Positions 51,331 through 64,000 of a stretch of 64,000 bases of DNA are shown here, in pieces. The notes below the pieces were generated by a model that saw only the letters and a program-made list of their open reading frames with translations, did not search any database and was not told the DNA's origin. The translations under genes and the position numbers were made by a program. Where the stretch lies: contig OX597824.1 of NCBI GenBank assembly GCA_951406725.2, positions 77,004,001 to 77,068,000 of the forward strand. Reading direction: 5' to 3'. This stretch comes from Octopus vulgaris (taxonomy: Eukaryota). Positions within the stretch are counted from its first letter, which is position 1. The number at the start of each line of letters is the position of its first letter.

Positions 51331-51500
51331 TGAATTTTTTATGTAATGAGATTAAAAAAAAAAAAACCAAGGCTGTATAGATATTAGAGCATTTCTAGAT
51401 AGAAGGTTTTACAGCTGTTTCTAGGATATTAATTAATAATATTCCTTCATCGGAGATGGTGTGAGAGGAAAAATTAAGTCATAGTTAGTTTCGATGTGAT
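51331..51500 (-). mobile_element. Penelope-like cassette with hammerhead-like core
   Basis: Minus 51456-51406: C(C)GAUGA-A-GGAAUAUU...AAUAUCC-ua-GAAA-CAGCUG-UA, with palindromic stem III ACAGCUGU. Confidence 0.6.
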
Positions 51501-52930
51501 ACAAATAGAGAGTGAGGTGGAGGAAAGAAAATAGATGTAAGATATGTATGTATGTGTATGTATCTATATGTATACATATGTGTGTGAATACATGTATATC
51601 TATATATGTGTGCATGTGTTTGGCTGTATGTGCTTCTGTGCATGTGTTTGGCTGTATGTGCTTCTGTGCATGTGTTTGTGGCTGCATGTGGATGTGTGCA
51701 TCAACATATACATACATACATATACACCCAAACATACACTCGTACAAACAGACAAAGAAAAAAAAAATAGAACTTATATGGATTTCAGATAGAGGAAATA
51801 GCAAAATAATAGTTTATGCTTTAGTTCATTCATTCAATCGCATTCCCATTGCAGATAATACCATTATTGCTCACTGCCTGCTGCATTAGAGACAGAGTTT
51901 CCTGGTGCATTACCAAATGGAGTTACACTATTGTCTACTGCACTCAACTTCACAATTACATTTGTCTGTTGTATGTTGTTTCCCTTCAGATTACTCATGT
52001 CTACTGCACTAGCAATTACCATTTAGTGTTGTTAGGTGCATTATAGACATCACTGATATTTTGTTTACTTTAACGTTGAAATCCATTTATACAAATTGCT
52101 GTGATCCGTGCTCTCTTAGAAAGTCAATTACGATATAGAAAAAACTGTTTGATGAAAATTCTTGTTGCAATATGGTTTTATTATTGTTATCATTATCATC
52201 ATCATCATCATCACCACACCTGACTGGCTGACAAAAAAAAAAAATATATATATTGTAAACTAAACATACTTTGTCTGACACATTGAACTTTGGCACATTT
52301 GATGATGTGTTAGAGGTTAGTGTGTTATAGATAAGCAGTGATTTGGTCACCACTGCTGACCCACCAACAGAAGAGTTTGAAACATCCAATATGTGTGTGT
52401 GTGTATGTGTGCATGCATGAGTGTATTATATGTATATAATCATGGAGGCACATGGCTTAGTGGTTAGGGTGTCAGACTCATGATTGTAAGATTGTGGTTT
52501 TGATTTCTGGACCAAGCAACACACTGGTCTGTAAGAAAAAAACAAAAGGAAACCAAAAGTTGGATCCCTTTTGTCCATAGAAATCATATCTAATCTAACT
52601 GGTGAAGAATAATACAAGGCAGTGGCTAAACTCTGTCAGATAACAGCTCAATCCTGATAGGGTGGTGTCCTCCAGATTGACAAAACAAATTTCTCCATGT
52701 ACTTGCATTTGTAAAATATTTGGATCAGGATTAAAGTAGCGCCGAGAAATATTTGGATCTGCTTAAATATCATATATCCACAGCATGAAACTATTGATAA
52801 CTCCCATTTAAATATTGTGTATATGAAACGATATTCATCTCTCACAGGATGGTATACTTTTTTGTTGATCCCACCTGTAATGGAACAGAAAACTATATAT
52901 ATATATATATACCTCTACCCATATATATAA

Positions 52931-52993
<63 letters not shown>

Positions 52994-53046
52994 GATGTCA
53001 GAGAGTGTTAATGATGAAATATGACTGTCATAAGATATAGCTCAAA

Positions 53047-53445
53047 TACGACAGGCTTCTTTCAGTTTCCATCTACCAAATCCACCCACAAGGCTTTGGT
53101 TGGCCTGAGGCTATAGTAGAAGACACTTGCCCAAGGTGCCATGCAGTGGACTGAACCCAGAACCATGTGGTTGGTAAGCAAGCTACTTACCACACAGCCA
53201 CTCCAGCCACAGATATATATATATATATCTGTGTCTTTGTGTCTGTGTTTGTCCCTCACCATTACTTGACAACTGGTGTTGGTGTGTTTACATCCCCATA
53301 ACTTAGCAGTTAGGATAAAGAAAGAGACCACTATAATAAATATCAGGTTTTAAAAAAATAAGTGTAGCGGTTGTTTCTTCAATGTGGCATTCAAATGTGG
53401 CATTCGAATGTCGCATTCAAATGACAAAAACCAGTAAAAGATAAA
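53047..53445. mobile_element. SINE-B with 5' half inverted relative to 3' half
   Basis: Head on minus strand at 53047-53204, tail on plus strand at 53225-53445. Confidence 0.7.
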
Positions 53446-53740
53446 ACAGAAAGAAAATAATAATAAAAAAAATATAAAATATCACCTAGCAGAAAAAAAA
53501 TCTACATGAAATTAATTCTACAGAAAACCAACAGCAACATTTGAAAGACTCAGCTGGCATGCCTAATTCTTTTACACGGAAGATAAAAACCAGGAGATTT
53601 AAAAAATACTGATTAAAGTTTAATAAAAACCTGCTTATTATCTGATTTCTATTGCAGTGTGAAGAAAAAAATCTTTTCCTTTGCAATTAAAAATATTAAG
53701 TCTGAAAACATTGGTAATAATTTCCACAAAATTTTTTTAA

Positions 53741-54117
53741 AGCCTCGTCTGGCACCTGTGTCGGTGGCACATAAAAAACACCATCCGAGCGTGGCCGTTC
53801 GCCAGCCTCGTCTGGCACCTGTGTCGGTGGCACATAAAAAACACCATCCGAGCGTGGCCGTTCGCCAGCCTCGTCTGGCACCTGTGTCGGTGGCACATAA
53901 AAAACACCATCCGAGCGTGGCCGTTCACCAGCCTCGTCTGGCACCTGTGTCGGTGGCACATAAAATCACCCACTACACTCTCGGAGTGGTTGGCGTTAGG
54001 AAGGGCATCCAGCTGTAGAAACACTGCCAGATCTGACTGGCCTGGTGCAGCCTTCGGGCTCCCCAGACCCCAGTTGAACTGTTCAACCCATGCTAGCATG
54101 GAAAGCGGACGTTAAAC

Positions 54118-54154
<37 letters not shown>
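53741..54154 (+). mobile_element. Family E copy with 63-bp internal tandem repeat (3.5 copies) and (GAT)n tail
   Basis: The unit agcctcgtctggcacctgtgtcggtggcacataaaaaacaccatccgagcgtggccgttcgcc occurs at 53741, 53804, 53867 and 53930. Confidence 0.88.
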
Positions 54155-54156
<2 letters not shown>

Positions 54157-54330
54157 AACTGATAATATTATTAAGAATTCAAAAAATATATTTGCGTCAA
54201 ATCAGGCAAGACTCAGAACTTCTAAGTAGCTCATACTAACTAGCACATATTCATTTTATCAGCGATCGCCTGGATTTTGCTCCTACCCTATCCAAAAAAA
54301 AAGGAAAGAAAAAAAGAAGCTAAGTGAGAT

Positions 54331-54706
54331 ATTCTTTTATTCTTTTACTTGTTTCAGGCATTAGACTGTGGCCATGCTGGAGCACTACCTTGAAGGGTTT
54401 TAGTTGAAGAAATCGACCCCAGGACTTATTTCTTAAGTCTGGTACTTATTCTATCAGTCTCTTTTACCAAACTACTGAGTTACAGGGACATAAACACACC
54501 AATACTTGGGACAAACATAAACAAAGACACAGACACACACACACACACGATGGGCTTCTTTCAGTTTCTGTCTACAAAATCCACTCGCAAGGCTTTGATT
54601 GAACCAAGGCTATAGTAGAAGACACTTGCCCAAAGCCCCCCAGAGAGGGACTGAACCTGGAACCATGATGGATGGAAAGCAAACTTTTTACCACACGTCC
54701 ACACCT
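54331..54706 (-). mobile_element. SINE-B (old, CpG-decayed)
   Basis: Reverse copy. Confidence 0.8.
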
Positions 54707-54809
54707 ACAAACACAAAAGAAAACAAAACAAAAAGAAAAAGTAAATGAAATAAAGGTAACTCATTTTGGACCTTTAAATGAGGGATCAGACCCCCTATTG
54801 TTTTGATTG

Positions 54810-55327
54810 AAGCAATGCTGGAGCACTGTTTTGAAGAATTATTTAGTGAATAAATCAACCCCGGTACTTTTTATTTTTGAGCCTGGTACTTATTCTATCG
54901 ATCACATTTTTGCCAAACTGCTAGATTACAGGTGTGAAAACAAACCAACACCTGTTATCAAGTAGTTAGGGAGGCATGTAAAAGCACCCACTACACTCTT
55001 GGAGTGGTTGGCATTAGGAAGGGCATCCAGCTGTAGAAACTCTGCCAGATCAAGATTGGAGCCTGGTGCAGCCATCTGGTTCGCCAGTCCTCAGTCAAAT
55101 TGTCCAACCCATGCTAGCATAGAAAGTGGACGTTAAACAATGATGATGATGATGATGATGATGATGATATAGATAACAGGCTACGTTCAGTTTCCGTCTA
55201 CCATTTCCACTCACAGGGCTTTGGTTGGCCCGAGGTTGTAGCAGAAAACATTTGCCCCAAGGTGCCACATAGTGGGAATGAACCCGAAACCATTTGGTTA
55301 AGAAACAAGCTACTTACCACAGAGCCA
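54810..55327 (-). mobile_element. Old SINE-B interrupted by a family E copy (54972-55168, plus)
   Basis: Tail at 54810-54965, head at 55175-55327. Confidence 0.7.
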
Positions 55328-55640
55328 TTTGTGTGTGTGTGTGTGTGTGTGTGTGCAAGTGTGCGCCTATATATTCATTCATGCACTTATACTCATAAAA
55401 CCATACCTCAATTATATATTCATAAAAAGAAATGAATACATACATATTTATAAATACTGATGTATATGTATGTATGTGCATATATATCATTTAGCATCCA
55501 TTTTCCATGCGGATGTTTAAACAATGATGATCTCTATGCATATTTTCATTCATACACTAACATACCCTCCATATATATATATCTATATCTATATCTATAT
55601 CTATATCTATATCTATATACATACATATATATATATATAC

Positions 55641-55775
<135 letters not shown>

Positions 55776-56693
55776 TGGATGGAAATAATTGCATAGTGTT
55801 CAAATCGACAACAATATTAAAAATGAACTGAGTACTGGAACTAGAGTAGATAAGTATGTTGAAGATAACACAGAATAGATTCTATAAAAAGCTATTAAAC
55901 TACATTTCAGCTTCTACATATATCTGAATTAACTTTCTCCTGTGTATATCAGTAAGAACGTAAACACAAGCAAGCAAAACCAATGAAGCTTATGTTACCA
56001 AACAAAAATGCCTTGTGGTGTTATTTCGCTTGTGTTGCATAGATTACTACTTTGTCACTTTCGCCATCATAAATGCAGTGAACTCTTGATGGACCCATCA
56101 GAAATCTGTAACCAAGGTTACCATTGTTTACTATATGAGATATAATTAAAATATAAAAATAATTCCAACTCCAGACACATCACTGTTGCTACTTTATAGT
56201 CTTGGCGATAAGATATTTACAAACCATTGCCTCTTTTATTGATAATCTAACTTTATTCCAACTCGGTGAGCCATGAGATAGAAAGAGACGATGATGATGA
56301 TGATGATGCAAGCAAATTGGTGAGTCCAGATATTGTTATTTTTTAATTTTTTTTTTTTTTGTTATACTTGGTCTTCAGTAAAAACAGAAGTTTAATAAAA
56401 AAAAAAATATAGAAAGAATAATAATAAAAATAAACTACACTTATCTTTTACGCAAGAAAAATAAAACTCACATGAAAGAAAAGAATCACTTGGCTGATTG
56501 AAACGAACGTTCTAAGAGAAAAAAAAATGTATTTCATGATTTATCTGCCAAAATTTAATGAAAAGGCAAGTAAATTTAAAACAACAGCTTATATTATAAC
56601 TACAAAAATAAAAACACAAACTAATTTAAAAATACCTTTAAGTGAATAATAAAAGAACAACTAAAATCTTTTATAAAATAAGTTCAAAGAAGT

Positions 56694-57055
56694 CTGTGTG
56701 GACTAAGTAGTTTGACTTGTAACTGAGAGTTTTCTGGTTCAATCCCACTCCTATTGCATGGCACTCTGGGTCAGTGTCTTCTACTCAAGGCATGAGATAA
56801 CCAATGCCTTGTGAAGATATTTGGTAGATGGAAACTGTGGAAAATCATGATTTTATATATATATATATGTGTGTGTATGTGTGTTTATGTCCCCGTAACT
56901 TAGCAGCTCAGCAAAAGCGACCGATAGGATTAGTACTAAGCTTGGAAATTAAAAATAAGCCTTAGGGGTCAAATTGTTTGACTAAAACACTTCAAAGTAG
57001 TGCTCCAGCATGGTCACAAGCAAATGACTGAAACAAGTAAAGGAATAAAACAAAA
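56694..57055 (+). mobile_element. SINE-B (old)
   Basis: Diverged but colinear from head to tail. Confidence 0.75.
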
Positions 57056-58341
57056 GAAGAATATATATATATTGATTAAACCTCGCCAAGTTAAATATTT
57101 CAATCACCTGAAGAATGACTGTAACTCGAATTTTTACGAATTGGACAGCCATGAAACGATACTAGTGTTATACTAATTATCTTTTTTTAATAATTTTGAT
57201 ATATATTTAAAATAATATAAATTAATTAATCTTATGTATTGGCTTAAGTTTTTCATTGTATGATTTGCCTAATAGTGGTTTTATCTCTAATTTGATATAA
57301 TATATATATATATATATATATTTAAAGGCATTGCTCCAGCATGGCTGCAGTCAAATGACTGAAACAAATAAAAGAATAAAAGAATATATATGTTACCAGT
57401 TTTGAAACTAATTATTATTTCTTCCTTTATGTTCACACAGAAGACTGGAAGACGGCTGCCACTTCTATAATAGTGACACTCATAACTACGCTATGATCTT
57501 ACAAGGAGTCATGCACACACACACGCGCGCACGCACACACACATACACACAAACACACACACCTCTAATATATGATGGACTTCTTTCAGTTTCCGTCTAC
57601 CAAATCCACTCACAAGGTTTTGGTTGGCATGGGGCTAACATAGAAGATATTTGCCCAAAGTAAGAGGAGGGATATATCTAGGCAGATACCGAATTTCTCT
57701 GAGTAAAAAGCCAAGGCTTGTTCCTTCTGATGGTGCATTTCTTAGTAATCTTCCTTTAGCCCTAATCTGATGTTCCCAGTTTATTTCTTGGCTATTTTAG
57801 AGTGTAAAGTACAATAGGAAAATATCATGGTTTACTTCTACTGCCAAACCTAATTCAAACTAGTTGCAGAGGAAAATTCTTCTGTCATACTTATATCCCC
57901 AGAAGAGATTCTACTTATAATGCATAAATCGCTGCATATGAATACACAACAATATGTAGTTGGTGTAATTGAAACATGTGTTGGACTATTATTATGAATA
58001 AACGAGCTGATCTCTCGTTAAAAGGTCCCAAATTAGTTTACTTTATTTTATTTGCTTTTTGTTTTTGTTTTGTTTTCTTCTGTGTTTATAAGCCTGGCTG
58101 TGTGGTAAAAAGTTTGCTGATGCACAAATCATGGTTCCAGGTTCAGTCCCACTGTGTGGTGCCTTGGGCATGTGTCTTCCACTATAGCCTTGGATCAATC
58201 AAAGCCTTGCGAGTGGATTTTGTAGACAGAAACTGAAAGAAGCCCATAAAGTTTGAATATTCAAATTCTTGATTCTCCTTAATATCAATATATATATATC
58301 TATATATATATATGTATGTAAATATATATATATGTATGTGT

Positions 58342-58635
58342 GGAGGTGCAATGGCCCAGTGGTCAGGGCAGCGGACTCACGGTCATAGGATCGCGGTCTC
58401 AATTCCCAGTTTATTGAGCGAAAACACCTAAAGCTCCATGAGGCTCCGGCAGGGAGTGGTGGCGATCCCTGTTGTACTCTTTCACCACAACTTTCTCTCA
58501 CTCTTTCTACTGTTGGCCTGCTTGCTTAGCCAGCAGGGTGGCATCATTTGAAGGCTAAAACAATGCAAAGCGCATTGTGACCAGCGATGTGTAGCAACAT
58601 CTGATAGTCTGGTCGGTCATGGTGATGACGGTGAT
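58342..58635 (+). mobile_element. SINE-D (CpG-decayed)
   Basis: Reverse complement of 29036-29341. Confidence 0.85.
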
Positions 58636-59543
58636 GTATGTATGTATATACATATATATATGTATATGTATAGGTACATGTGTATATATCTATCTCTTTA
58701 TGAGGCTATTATGTTAGCAATATTTAATTATTCACTCTTCTATGCTTTACCCTGCCTCTCTCTTTCATCAGAATAGATATCTAACCAAAGATCAATAAGT
58801 ATCTATTATAATGTAAGTCCTCCACTTTTATCACTCATTTTTCCTCTATGTGCCAGGTAAAATACAAAGGATCTTTAAGAATAATGACGCACTAAAATAA
58901 TCTATTTATTAGCAATATATTAGACTGACAACAGTGACAGTAGGCTGTAAATACATACACACACACACAACACATGTATATATTAATGTTTGTTTTTTTG
59001 CATAGATAAGCACAAATTGAAGGATCACTGAATACTTTTAAGTACAGTCATTATTATTACTCTTTTCTTTTACTTGTTTCAGTCATTTGACTGTGGCCAT
59101 GCTGGAGCCTTTTAGTCGAGCAAATCAACCCCAGGACTTATACTTTGTAAGCCTAGTACTTATTCTATCGGTCTATTTTGCCCAACTGCTAGGTTACATG
59201 TACATATGTGTGTGTGAATCTGTGTATGATTGTGTTTTGTCTTGACAATAATGATAGTTGTAAATGAGAGTCACTGTCATACAAGCAGTGTCATTCATTT
59301 CCTGATATTTTCGGAAATCATGTCCAGCTAAGGTGACATATCAACTGGCATCGAAACAACTGAGGTGTTGGCAAAAGGTAAAAGAAATGGCATCCAGCTG
59401 TAGAAAATATGACTCAAATGCTGTCCGACCCATGCAAGCATGAAAAAGTGGATGTTAAAAACGATGATGATGATAATGATAACTCTACTTAAGAGTACTG
59501 AGTGATCATTCAATTAGTGTTTATCTATGCATAAAAACAAACA

Positions 59544-59989
<446 letters not shown>

Positions 59990-60665
59990 CTGTTTGTAAT
60001 TACTATAGCTGGTGTCAGTTTAATATATTTCTTCTAATGTGATAACTAGAAATGTGAAGCCTTTGTATGTTTTTTTCCTGATGAAAAGGTGTTGCCTTTG
60101 GATTTCCTTAATGGATTGTACAGGATTGTACATTAACAATGTGAAGCAGCATCTTTTGAAACACTAGTAGAGATGGGCTTGAATGGACTCTGTTCTGGTT
60201 ACCTTACACCATATTTTTTATATCTATATTCCTGTACTTTTTATATATTCATATTATTTTACTTCCATTGCTCTGAATTTTTTCGCCAACTTTATTATGC
60301 ATTAATTTATTCCATGTATTTTTCTTCATTCTGCTTCACTCGTATTACCCATTTAGGTTCTATCAGCCTTTATTCATGTATATGTGTATATTTTACATTG
60401 TTGGGCTTTACCACTGGTTGCTTATCGTTTTAATATATATTTACATTCGATTTTTGATAATTTGCTAATGATATAAAGTTGTTTTGACCGATTGGTATAT
60501 TTCTTCATTATACCTTTCAATTTATTTCTCCTTTCACCTCGGTATCACCTGAAAACTTCCAGCTGCAGTCCTATTTATATTTTTTGTTTTTGTTCTCCGG
60601 TTTAACGATATTGTTTTTTGGTTTAACGAAGTTATAAAATTATCCTATTATATCATATATATATA

Positions 60666-61052
60666 CTCTTTACTCTCTCTTTTACTTGTTTCAGTTATTT
60701 GACTGTGGCCATGCTGGAGCACTGCCTTTAATCAAGGAAATCGACCCCAGGACTTATTCTATTGATCTCTTTTGCTGAACCGCTAAGTTACAGGGACATA
60801 AACACACCACCATCGGTTGTCAAGCAATGTTGGCGGGGACAAACATAGACACACAAACACACACACACATATATACATATACATATATATGACGGGCTTC
60901 TTTCAGTTTCCATCTACCAAATTCACTCACAAGGCATTGGTTGGACCGATGCTATAGTACAAGACACTTGCCCAAGGTGCCACACAGTGGGACTGAACCC
61001 GGAACCATGTGGTTGGTAAGCAAGCTACTTACCACACAGCCACTCCTGCACC
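60666..61052 (-). mobile_element. SINE-B
   Basis: Reverse copy with partial CpG decay. Confidence 0.9.
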
Positions 61053-61542
61053 ATTGGTAACCTTGCTAACTCACAAAATATTATACATATATATGTGTGT
61101 GTGAGTGTGTATGTGTGTCTGTGTATGTGTGTGTGTCTAAGTGTGTGTGTGTGTTAGAAATTGTGTTACTCTTACCTTTAGAGCTTCATATAGATTATCA
61201 TAATCCAGCTTGCTTCATGCATAGCAGTAAAGAAGCTTCTATATTCAGTAATATTACTAGTTATGAATAACAGGGTAAATGTAGGAGAAATAAGGATAAA
61301 CATAGATTTATATTATGGCCCCTAAAAGCATTTCACTTTTTATAGTTGTTTTGGAATCCTGCAACAGGTATTCCAAAAGCATTTAGCTCAACCACAAGGG
61401 ATCACCAGGGCAACACTTCGTTGAATATGTATGCAATAAAGTGTTCTCTGATGATAAATTGCGGTTGGGCTTCCGTTTTTCATGTTGGTGAACACCAGCA
61501 ACCTTAAATTGCTTGGCTCCATCAGTCAGGCATTTAAGTACA

Positions 61543-61577
<35 letters not shown>

Positions 61578-62169
61578 ACATATACACATCTGTGTGTGAA
61601 TATATACACTATACATGTGTACGAATAGGTAAACAACGAACAGATGGAGGTAGGTTTGGGTAGATGGAGGAAAAGACAAACAAATAGACAAACAGACAGA
61701 CAGACAGGCAGACAGACAGATAGATAAGTACCTATTTAAGTAGGTTCACAATTAGTAGGAATATATTGATTGCTCTCAAATGACCTAAATAATTAACCCA
61801 TCTTTAGCATTTTTTTTCCCCCCTTTTTTTTCTTCTTTCATCCTTGTTGCATTTACAAAACCTCACACCATCCCCACTCTTCACCTGCTTCTCTGCACCC
61901 CCACCCCCACCACTACCACCACCACCACCACCACCACCACCACCACTAGTACTAAACCTAAACAACAGAATGCTTTCTATCTAGGTTTCTGCCTCTTTAA
62001 TTTTTCCTCTTATCTTACCTTTCTCATCAACCACCGAGCAGCTGGGATTTCACTTCTCTCGCCACCAGCAACCACAGACATGCTTATATTTATTATCTTT
62101 CATCTTCCATCACTTGCACATTGCTCTCCTTCAGTATCTCCATATTTTTTCAAAGCCTTTTTATATGTT

Positions 62170-62510
62170 TTGTCGCCACTGCCACCTCCCCTCCTCCCTC
62201 CTCTCCTTCCCTCTCCTACATCTCCCTTTGTCACCTTTCTCCTCCACCTTCTCGCCTTATCACATTCCTTCTCTTTCTTCTCTTCCTTTTCCTCATCATT
62301 TTCTTCCTCCTCCTTCACTTCCTCTCTCCACTTCACTCCTCCTCTCACCCCTTTTCTCTTCCTTCTCTTCCTATTACCACCCCAACCCCCTCCCACCCTT
62401 TCCCCTCCCACAAATTTCCTTCCCTCTACTTTTCATTCTTTCCTCTTCCTTATTATTCTTCATTCCCAGCTCCCCATCCTCTTCTTTTTCATTCCTCCTA
62501 CCCACCAAAT
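62170..62510. repeat. Low-complexity polypyrimidine (CT-rich) tract
   Basis: Almost purine-free plus strand. Explains the overlapping Ser/Pro/Leu/Phe ORFs. Confidence 0.9.
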
Positions 62511-62522
62511 TTCTACATATTC

Positions 62523-62564
<42 letters not shown>

Positions 62565-62726
62565 AAATCACTACTACTACTACTACTACACTGGTGGATT
62601 TGGCAGAATCGGTTAAGACATCAGACAAATACCTTTCTCCAATATAAAGGTTCAAATTCTGCCAAAAGGTCAACATCACATTGCTTCTCTCATCCTCTCT
62701 TTTGAAATTAATTTCATCTTTAAGAA

Positions 62727-62759
<33 letters not shown>

Positions 62760-63082
62760 ATCACTCCGTCAGTTATGACAACAAGGGTCCCAGATGATAC
62801 GATCAATGAAACAGCTTCTTCCTCATGAAATTAACATGCAAGTGGCTGAGCTTTCCACAGACACATGTACCCTTAACGTAGTTCGCAAGGAGATTCAGCC
62901 TGACACAGGGTATGACAAGGCTGGCCCTTTGAAATACAAGTAATACTCATTTTTACCAGCTGAATGGACTGGAGCAGCATGAAATAAAGTGTCTTGCTCA
63001 AGGACACTACTTGTTGCCAGGAATTGAACTCATGACCTTATGATCATGAGATGCATACCTTAACCACTAAGCCATGCACCCT
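62760..63082 (-). mobile_element. SINE-C, tail type 2 (heavily CpG-decayed)
   Basis: Reverse complement of 13920-14242, with CG changed to TG/CA. Confidence 0.85.
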
Positions 63083-63098
63083 CACACACACACACATA

Positions 63099-63280
63099 TC
63101 TATTATATAAAATCCGTTCTGTCTGTCTGTCTGTGTGTGTGTCTTCTAGGATCTTGAGCATCCTCCATCCAATTGCGCTCAAATTTGATATGTAGATACA
63201 AACAGTATCAGGGCATGTATAAGTCTTGAAAAAATTACAAAAGTCGATTCCAGGTGAGAATGCGATCGATAAAGCCGTTT
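63099..63280 (+). mobile_element. Probable Helitron/DINE-1-like 5' fragment
   Basis: A|TCTATTATATAAAA followed by (TCTG)n. No 3' hairpin-CTAG found. Confidence 0.45.
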
Positions 63281-63785
63281 TTGTCCTGCTTTTCTTCCGT
63301 CAATTTGTACATAACTGCACCTTCCATTTTTTGTTGATTTTGTACTGCTTAAAGGCACGTTTCTTTCCTGTCAAGCTTACTGTTTAGACCATGTTTCTGT
63401 TCTCCCAGTCAACAGCCTTATCATCACTGGTACTTTAAACTCTTCGGTTGCATATTTGTGTGGATAAAATCATTTTTCTTTGGAATAGTAAAAAAGTCTA
63501 TCTTTATTTCTTCTTTTGCTGGTGTCTCAAATTTAGGTTAAATCAGTGTTTCTCAAAGGGGAGTCTATGGAATGGTCGGACAAGTTGTTTGAGAAAATTT
63601 GGTTTAAATGTTTGACAACTCAGCACCGTCCATTGGATGGAGGGGCGTTTTGCTCGTATATATATATAGTTGAAAAAGGGTTAAGATTCCATACACATAA
63701 AGAAAATTATAGTTAAAGAAAGTAAAAAGTAAATAAAGTTTGAAAGTCACAGAAGTTTTATTTTTGAGAATGTTTAATATTTTTG

Positions 63786-63830
<45 letters not shown>

Positions 63831-64000
63831 CATACATATACATATATATATAAACCCAGAATGACTGAGTTACAGCAGCCATGTCCTATGGGCAACATGC
63901 CAATGAATTCAACACAACCTGCCACGACCATCACCCCTACCACCTTCACCGGAGACATTAAGTAATATAAACATGTACCAAACATAGTTCATGACAACAA

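Noticed and set aside
51849-52389. Short ORFs with splice-like signals on both strands
   Set aside because: Peptides are unrecognisable, and acceptor/donor pairs are not consistent on one strand.
62080-62705. Overlapping 150-194-aa ORFs
   Set aside because: Low-complexity pyrimidine tract, open in several frames, with no domain signature.
63783-63985. ORF tail MTELQQPCPMGNMPMNSTQPATT... as a coding exon
   Set aside because: No convincing acceptor (preceded by a TA repeat), open on both strands, no recognisable homology, and at the window edge.

Overview
AT-rich, microsatellite-saturated eukaryotic (metazoan) DNA. The SINE repertoire and (TA)n/(CA)n/(TACA)n load suggest a cephalopod, most likely Octopus (inference, not a database hit). 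I can support no intact host protein-coding gene. Almost all ORFs in the track are microsatellite or SINE read-throughs. The window is a transposon graveyard: at least five SINE-type families (four with tRNA-like heads; labels A-E are mine), two complete non-autonomous Helitrons, TIR elements (mariner, piggyBac/TTAA, hAT-Charlie, 8-bp-TSD GG-ended), and decayed transposase/RT fragments (pogo, piggyBac, Penelope-like, R4/Dong, BovB-like RTE, CR1). The most notable signals are: (1) about ten minimal type-I hammerhead-ribozyme cores in Penelope-like cassettes, mostly within (TA)n tracts, one apparently intact at 11686-11722; (2) two long fold-back palindromes built from hammerhead-adjacent sequence; (3) a young 166-bp SINE-derived satellite with dimeric higher-order structure, beside a Helitron whose empty site survives in the window; (4) a covarying 3' hairpin linking SINE-B to a LINE-like tail; (5) a CpG-decay boundary near 29.5-30 kb suggesting entry into a methylated gene body.
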